Positions 47,562-52,323 of a stretch of DNA of 52,323 nt are shown piece by piece. The number at the start of each line of letters is the position of its first letter. Position 1 is the stretch's first letter. The stretch is from the IMG/VR virus record IMGVR_UViG_2563367002_000003. One strand, written 5' to 3'. The notes under the pieces were generated by a model that had not been told where the DNA came from, searched no databases, and saw only the letters and a program-made list of their open reading frames with translations. A program made the position numbers and the translations under genes. Origin of the DNA: a virus. Its lineage: Duplodnaviria > Heunggongvirae > Uroviricota > Caudoviricetes.

Positions 47562-50003
47562 ATGAGCACTGATAAAGAAGAATTTGCACTATATTGCGAA
47601 GCAAAAAATGACAAAGTAAGAAAACGCCTGGGAATTAAAGGTGGTTTTTACTGGACTACAGCAAAAAAATTATCTGTTGCAATCTCCCGCTGCATTACCG
47701 CAATGGATGACAACGATTATGATGAAGACGACTTTAAAAAACCCGTCCGCGTCAATTTGCCCGTTGTTGACGACCTTCCGCCAGAAGGCGTGTTTGATAC
47801 TGAATTCTGCAACCGCTATGAAAAAGGCGGGAAAGATGGCATCACAATGACATTTATCGGCCCTTCCCCCTCTGTTCAGGACAAACCAGCCAGCACTGAC
47901 AATACCAACATCAACGGCGAAGACATGACTGAGATTGAGGAGAGCATGCTTCTGCCTGTCTCCGGTCAGGAACTGCCCATTCGTTGGCTTGCTCAACACG
48001 GCAGCGAAAAACCAGTAACGCACGTTTCACGCGACGAACTCCAGGCATTACACATTGCACGGGCTGAAGAACTACCGGCTGTTACTGCCCTGGCTATTTC
48101 GCATAAAACCAGTCTGCTCGACTCGCTGGAGATTCGCGACCTCCACAAACTGGTTCGTGACACTGACAAAGTTTTCCCTAATCCTGGTAATTCAGACCTG
48201 GGACTAATAACTGCTTTTTTCGAAGCATACCTGGACGCTGACTACACTGATCGGGGTCTGCTGACAAAAGAGTGGATGAAAGGAAATCGTGTTTCACGCA
48301 TCACCCGCACGGCTTCCGGTGCTAATGCTGGCGGTGGGAACAAAACCGATCGCAATCCGAATTTAGTACACACCCTCGACACACTGGATGTGGAGATTGC
48401 AGCAGCCACACTTCCGATGGATTTTAATATTTATGAAATTCCGGGCAGCGTTTATCGTCGCGCAAAAGAAGTAGTCCTGAACAAAGAAAGTCCGTTCAAA
48501 GAATGGTCCGCAGCACTTCGTGCAACCCCGGGTATTCTGGACTATTCCCGCGCCGCTATTTTTGCACTTATCCGAAGCGCACACCCTGAATTTTATCACT
48601 ACCCGGGACGCCTTCAGGGGTATATCAACGCCTATTTGACGGAAACTGATCACGAGAACCCCAGCAAGGAAACTCTCACAGCTGCCCGGCATACGCCGGA
48701 AAAAGATATCCTGGAAGAAATTAACCGCGAGGTGGTTACTGAGCGTGAAACAGAAGAAGAAAAACCACAACCATCTGACGCAATGGCAGGTGAACAGGCA
48801 ACAACTGAAACAATGGAACCGGATACAACTGAACATGGCCAGAACGCGCAGTCGCTGGATGCTCAGTCGCAGGTGAGTTCCGCTAACCAAGTAAAAGTCA
48901 CCGCTGACGAAGCAAACAAAATTATGCAGGCAGCCAATATCAGCCAGCCTGACGCCGATAAGTTACTTGCTGTATCGCGTGGTGAATTTGTTGAGGGGAT
49001 TAGCGACCCTAATGATCCGAAATGGGTCAAGGGGATCCAGACTCGCGATTCTGTGAACCAGAACCAGCATGAATCGGAACGGAACGACCAAAAAGCGGAA
49101 CAAAACAGCCCAAATGCGTTACAAAACGAGCCAGAAACGAAACAATCCGAACCAGTAGCGCAACAGGAACCGGAAAAAGTCTGCACCGCCTGCGGTCAGA
49201 GCGGTGGCGGCAACTGCCCTGATTGTGGCGCGGTGATGGGCGACGCAACATACCAGGAAACATTCGATGAAGAGAATCAGGTTGAAGTTCAGGAAAATGA
49301 TCCGGAGGAAATGGAAGGCGCTGAACATCCACACAAGGAGAACCCTGGCGGCAATCAGCATCACGCCAGCGATAATAAAACTGGCGAGACGGCAGATCAC
49401 TCAATTAAGGTGAACGGTCATCACGAAATCACATCCACCAGCAGGACGTGTGACCATCTAATGATCGACCTTGAAACCATGGGAAAAAATCCTGATGCCC
49501 CGATCATCTCAATAGGTGCAATATTTTTCGATCCGCAAACCGGAGATATGGGACCGGAATTTAGTAAGACTATCGATCTGGAAACTGCTGGCGGAGTCAT
49601 TGATCGGGACACCATTAAATGGTGGCTTAAGCAATCACGCGAAGCGCAATCTGCCATTATGACCGATGAAATCCCGTTAGATGATGCACTGTTACAATTG
49701 CGGGAATTTATCGACGAAAACTCCGGTGAATTTTTTGTTCAGGTCTGGGGAAATGGAGCCAACTTCGACAACACGATTTTGCGCCGTTCATACGAACGGC
49801 AGGGGATCCCCTGCCCGTGGCGTTACTACAACGATCGCGATGTACGCACAATCGTTGAGCTGGGGAAAGCCATAGACTTCGATGCCAGAACGGCTATTCC
49901 ATTCGAAGGTGAGCGACATAATGCACTTGATGACGCTCGTTACCAGGCAAAATACGTTTCAGCTATCTGGCAAAAACTGATCCCGAGTCAGGCTGATTTT
50001 TAA
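47562..50003 (+). CDS. large multidomain phage protein with C-terminal DEDDh-type 3'-5' exonuclease domain (YdfE-like N-terminus)
   Basis: 813 aa; C-terminal ~180 aa has DnaQ-like motifs ([19 protein letters not shown]); CxxC-N9-CxxC zinc ribbon ([16 protein letters not shown]); long acidic low-complexity linker. Confidence 0.7.
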   Translation: MSTDKEEFALYCEAKNDKVRKRLGIKGGFYWTTAKKLSVAISRCITAMDDNDYDEDDFKKPVRVNLPVVDDLPPEGVFDTEFCNRYEKGGKDGITMTFIGPSPSVQDKPASTDNTNINGEDMTEIEESMLLPVSGQELPIRWLAQHGSEKPVTHVSRDELQALHIARAEELPAVTALAISHKTSLLDSLEIRDLHKLVRDTDKVFPNPGNSDLGLITAFFEAYLDADYTDRGLLTKEWMKGNRVSRITRTASGANAGGGNKTDRNPNLVHTLDTLDVEIAAATLPMDFNIYEIPGSVYRRAKEVVLNKESPFKEWSAALRATPGILDYSRAAIFALIRSAHPEFYHYPGRLQGYINAYLTETDHENPSKETLTAARHTPEKDILEEINREVVTERETEEEKPQPSDAMAGEQATTETMEPDTTEHGQNAQSLDAQSQVSSANQVKVTADEANKIMQAANISQPDADKLLAVSRGEFVEGISDPNDPKWVKGIQTRDSVNQNQHESERNDQKAEQNSPNALQNEPETKQSEPVAQQEPEKVCTACGQSGGGNCPDCGAVMGDATYQETFDEENQVEVQENDPEEMEGAEHPHKENPGGNQHHASDNKTGETADHSIKVNGHHEITSTSRTCDHLMIDLETMGKNPDAPIISIGAIFFDPQTGDMGPEFSKTIDLETAGGVIDRDTIKWWLKQSREAQSAIMTDEIPLDDALLQLREFIDENSGEFFVQVWGNGANFDNTILRRSYERQGIPCPWRYYNDRDVRTIVELGKAIDFDARTAIPFEGERHNALDDARYQAKYVSAIWQKLIPSQADF

Positions 50004-50061
50004 TGTTCAACCCTAATTGCCGCTAACCGTATATAGTTAGCGGCGGTTATGAGATATAGCT

Positions 50062-50265
50062 ATGAGCAGCTTATTTTTAACCGAAGATGAATTGCTAATA
50101 TTAACGGGCTGCAAATATGCAAGCCACCAGCGAAAATGGTTAATGGAAAACGGGCTTCCGTTCTATACCAATCGTAGTGGCAAACCGATTGTCAGCCGGG
50201 ATCTATTTACCTGCAATAAAACTTTACCACCACGCGAGGTAGAGCCGAATTTTGGTGCGATCTGA
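50062..50265 (+). CDS. excisionase (Xis-like)
   Basis: 67 aa; immediately upstream of integrase with 1-nt stop/start overlap. Confidence 0.6.
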   Translation: MSSLFLTEDELLILTGCKYASHQRKWLMENGLPFYTNRSGKPIVSRDLFTCNKTLPPREVEPNFGAI

Positions 50266-51290
50266 TGGGAAGACGAAGGAAAAATCCTGAACACGAAAAA
50301 TTACCTCCAAATGTATACCCAAATAAATATAGTTATGTATGGAAACCAACATCCAGAGAATCTGTCACACTAACCGCCATCAAGGATGGTTTAGCTGCTT
50401 TATGGAAAAAGTATGAGGAAACTGTAAATAATCGCGATCGTGCAATGACATTCGGTCGCTTGTGGGAAAAATTCCTCGCCAGCGCCTATTACAGTGACCT
50501 TAGTCCAAGAACACAAAAAGATTATCTGCAACATCAAAAAAAGTTGCTTGCCGTATTCGGTAAGGTACCAGCGGATTCCATAAAACCAGAACACATCCGT
50601 CGATACATGGACAAAAGAGGGGAGCAGAGTAAAACGCAAGCCAACCATGAAAAAAGCAGTATGTCCCGTGTTTACAGTTGGGGGTATGAGCGAGGGTACG
50701 TCAAGGCTAACCCATGTGCAGGTGTAAGTAAATTCAAGGCCAAAAACCGCGAACGATATGTAACCGACAAAGAATACCAGGCAGTATTAAGCGTTGCACC
50801 TCTTCCTGTTTTTATCGCAATGGAAATTGCCTATCTGTGTGCAGCGAGGGTTTCCGATGTGTTATCGCTGAAATGGGAACAGATTGGAAACGACGGGATA
50901 TTCATCCAGCAAGGGAAAACCGGAAAAAAACAGATAAAAGCATGGAGTCCACGATTACAGGCAGCGATCGAAAAAGCAAAACAGTTACCAAAATCTGCCT
51001 ATGTGATCAGCAATCAATACGGCAACCGATATATGTACAAAGGCTTTAACGAAATGTGGGTAGAAGCAAGAAATCGTGCTGGAAAAATTTCAGGTATTTT
51101 AACCGACTTCACCTTTCATGATCTGAAGGCGAAAGGAATTTCAGACTATGAAGGAAGCAGCCGGGATAAGCAACTTTTCTCTGGTCACAAAACCGAAGGG
51201 CAAGTGCTAATCTATGACAGGAAGGTTAAAGTTTCACCAACACTTGATGTCCCGTTACCTGAAAATATTCCAAGAAAATATTCCAAGTAA
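50265..51290 (+). CDS. tyrosine integrase (lambda family)
   Basis: 341 aa; C-terminal catalytic region (… FTFHDLKAKGISDYEG … HKTEGQVLIYDR …); adjacent and convergent to the tRNA-Ser attachment site. Confidence 0.9.
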   Translation: MGRRRKNPEHEKLPPNVYPNKYSYVWKPTSRESVTLTAIKDGLAALWKKYEETVNNRDRAMTFGRLWEKFLASAYYSDLSPRTQKDYLQHQKKLLAVFGKVPADSIKPEHIRRYMDKRGEQSKTQANHEKSSMSRVYSWGYERGYVKANPCAGVSKFKAKNRERYVTDKEYQAVLSVAPLPVFIAMEIAYLCAARVSDVLSLKWEQIGNDGIFIQQGKTGKKQIKAWSPRLQAAIEKAKQLPKSAYVISNQYGNRYMYKGFNEMWVEARNRAGKISGILTDFTFHDLKAKGISDYEGSSRDKQLFSGHKTEGQVLIYDRKVKVSPTLDVPLPENIPRKYSK

Positions 51291-51342
51291 TTCCAAGTGT
51301 GATTTTTGTCACTGACTTAATGATGTGTAAGTGATTGAATTT

Positions 51343-51404
51343 TGGCGGAGAGAGGGGGATTTGAACCCCCGGTGGAGTTGCCCCCACTCCGGTTTTCGAG
51401 ACCG
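51343..51404 (-). repeat. att core repeat (proximal copy, within serU 3' end)
   Basis: 62 bp matching 9271-9332 except for two compensatory substitutions. Confidence 0.8.
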
Positions 51405-51432
51405 GTCCGTTCAGCCGCTCCGGCATCTCTCC
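51343..51432 (-). tRNA. serU: tRNA-Ser (anticodon CGA), serU; 3' portion is the phage-derived att core
   Basis: 90 nt, GGAGAGATGCCGGAGCGGCTGAACGGACCGGTCTCGAAAACCGG ... CCCCCTCTCTCCGCCA; long variable arm; anticodon loop CTCGAAA. Confidence 0.9.
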
Positions 51433-51525
51433 GTTCAGATGGTTGCCATGATGCCAGGAAATTTGGCATTTTAACAGTCCCTGTCCGTGCAATTTTGTTC
51501 AAGTGACGAGTTTGCGAGCAAAACG

Positions 51526-52323
51526 ATGATTAAGTGGCCCTGGAAAGTACAAGAATCAGCACATCAAACTGCCCTTCCCTGGCAGGAAGCACTATCGATC
51601 CCCCTTTTAACGTGTCTGACAGAACAGGAACAAAGCAAATTGGTCGCTCTTGCCGAACGTTTTTTACAGCAAAAACGGCTTGTTCCTTTACAGGGCTTTG
51701 AGCTGAATTCATTAAGAAGCTGCCGGATAGCACTTCTATTTTGCCTGCCCGTTCTGGAGTTAGGACTGGAATGGCTGGATGGTTTTCATGAAGTCTTAAT
51801 TTATCCTGCGCCATTTGTGGTCGATGATGAATGGGAAGACGATATCGGTCTGGTGCATAACCAACGTATTGTTCAGTCAGGTCAGAGCTGGCAGCAAGGG
51901 CCTATCGTTTTGAACTGGTTGGATATACAAGATTCTTTTGATGCTTCTGGTTTTAACCTGATTATTCATGAAGTCGCTCATAAGCTGGACACCCGTAACG
52001 GCGATCGCGCCAGCGGAGTTCCCTTTATTTCGTTGCGTGAGGTTGCTGGCTGGGAACACGATCTTCATGCTGCAATGAACAACATTCAGGAAGAAATCGA
52101 ATTAGTTGGTGAGAATGCGGCGAGCATTGATGCTTATGCTGCCAGTGATCCTGCTGAATGTTTTGCCGTACTTTCTGAATATTTCTTTAGCGCCCCAGAA
52201 CTTTTTGCTCCTCGTTTCCCTTCATTGTGGCAACGTTTCTGTCAATTTTATCAACAAGATCCTTTGCAGAGACTGCATCACGCTAATGATACAGACTCGT
52301 TTTCGGCGACGAATGTTCATTAA
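51526..52323 (+). CDS. mtfA: MtfA (Mlc titration factor A) zinc-dependent peptidase
   Basis: 265 aa from ATG at 51526 ([28 protein letters not shown] ... HEVAHKLD ...), HExxH motif; host gene flanking serU. Confidence 0.9.
   Translation: MIKWPWKVQESAHQTALPWQEALSIPLLTCLTEQEQSKLVALAERFLQQKRLVPLQGFELNSLRSCRIALLFCLPVLELGLEWLDGFHEVLIYPAPFVVDDEWEDDIGLVHNQRIVQSGQSWQQGPIVLNWLDIQDSFDASGFNLIIHEVAHKLDTRNGDRASGVPFISLREVAGWEHDLHAAMNNIQEEIELVGENAASIDAYAASDPAECFAVLSEYFFSAPELFAPRFPSLWQRFCQFYQQDPLQRLHHANDTDSFSATNVH

Overview
This window is an Escherichia-type chromosomal region at the tRNA-Ser(CGA) serU / mtfA locus, carrying two stacked horizontally acquired elements. All calls come from reading the sequence and the supplied ORF track; no database search was run, so family names are from memory.

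Layout, right to left:
- mtfA (51526-52323) and an intact serU tRNA (51343-51432, minus strand).
- A ~42-kb mosaic lambdoid prophage (about 9333-51342): integrase/excisionase, a Qin-like early-left module (ydfA, ydfB-like, DicF sRNA, dicB, ydfD), a large exonuclease-like fusion protein, a CI/Cro immunity switch, a replication gene with internal CGTGAC repeat clusters, an accessory region, then DUF968/RusA/Q-like genes, three phage tRNAs, a phage-21-type lysis cassette, HNH plus terminase, HK97-type head genes and a Mu/P2-type contractile tail.
- The prophage tail-fibre gene is split by a complete IS911 copy.
- A 62-bp displaced copy of the serU 3' end (9271-9332) marks the distal prophage junction.
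- Left of it (1-9270) is an older AT-rich islet with alpA, a YfjJ-like gene, an H-NS paralogue and several uncharacterised genes; no integrase for it lies in the window.

Best candidates for an undescribed system:
1. A 932-aa STAND-like P-loop NTPase with a SEC-C zinc motif (39579-42377), in the prophage accessory region next to a hokD-type toxin.
2. A two-gene operon of an unknown 204-aa protein plus an HTH-XRE/ImmA-peptidase fusion (37223-38979), bracketed by near-identical terminator hairpins.
3. A two-gene operon at the window edge (1-2196) whose second protein ends in a helix-hairpin-helix motif.

No CRISPR array, rRNA or Shiga-toxin genes were found. The track translates GTG/TTG starts as M; starts were moved to SD-supported codons where I checked them.
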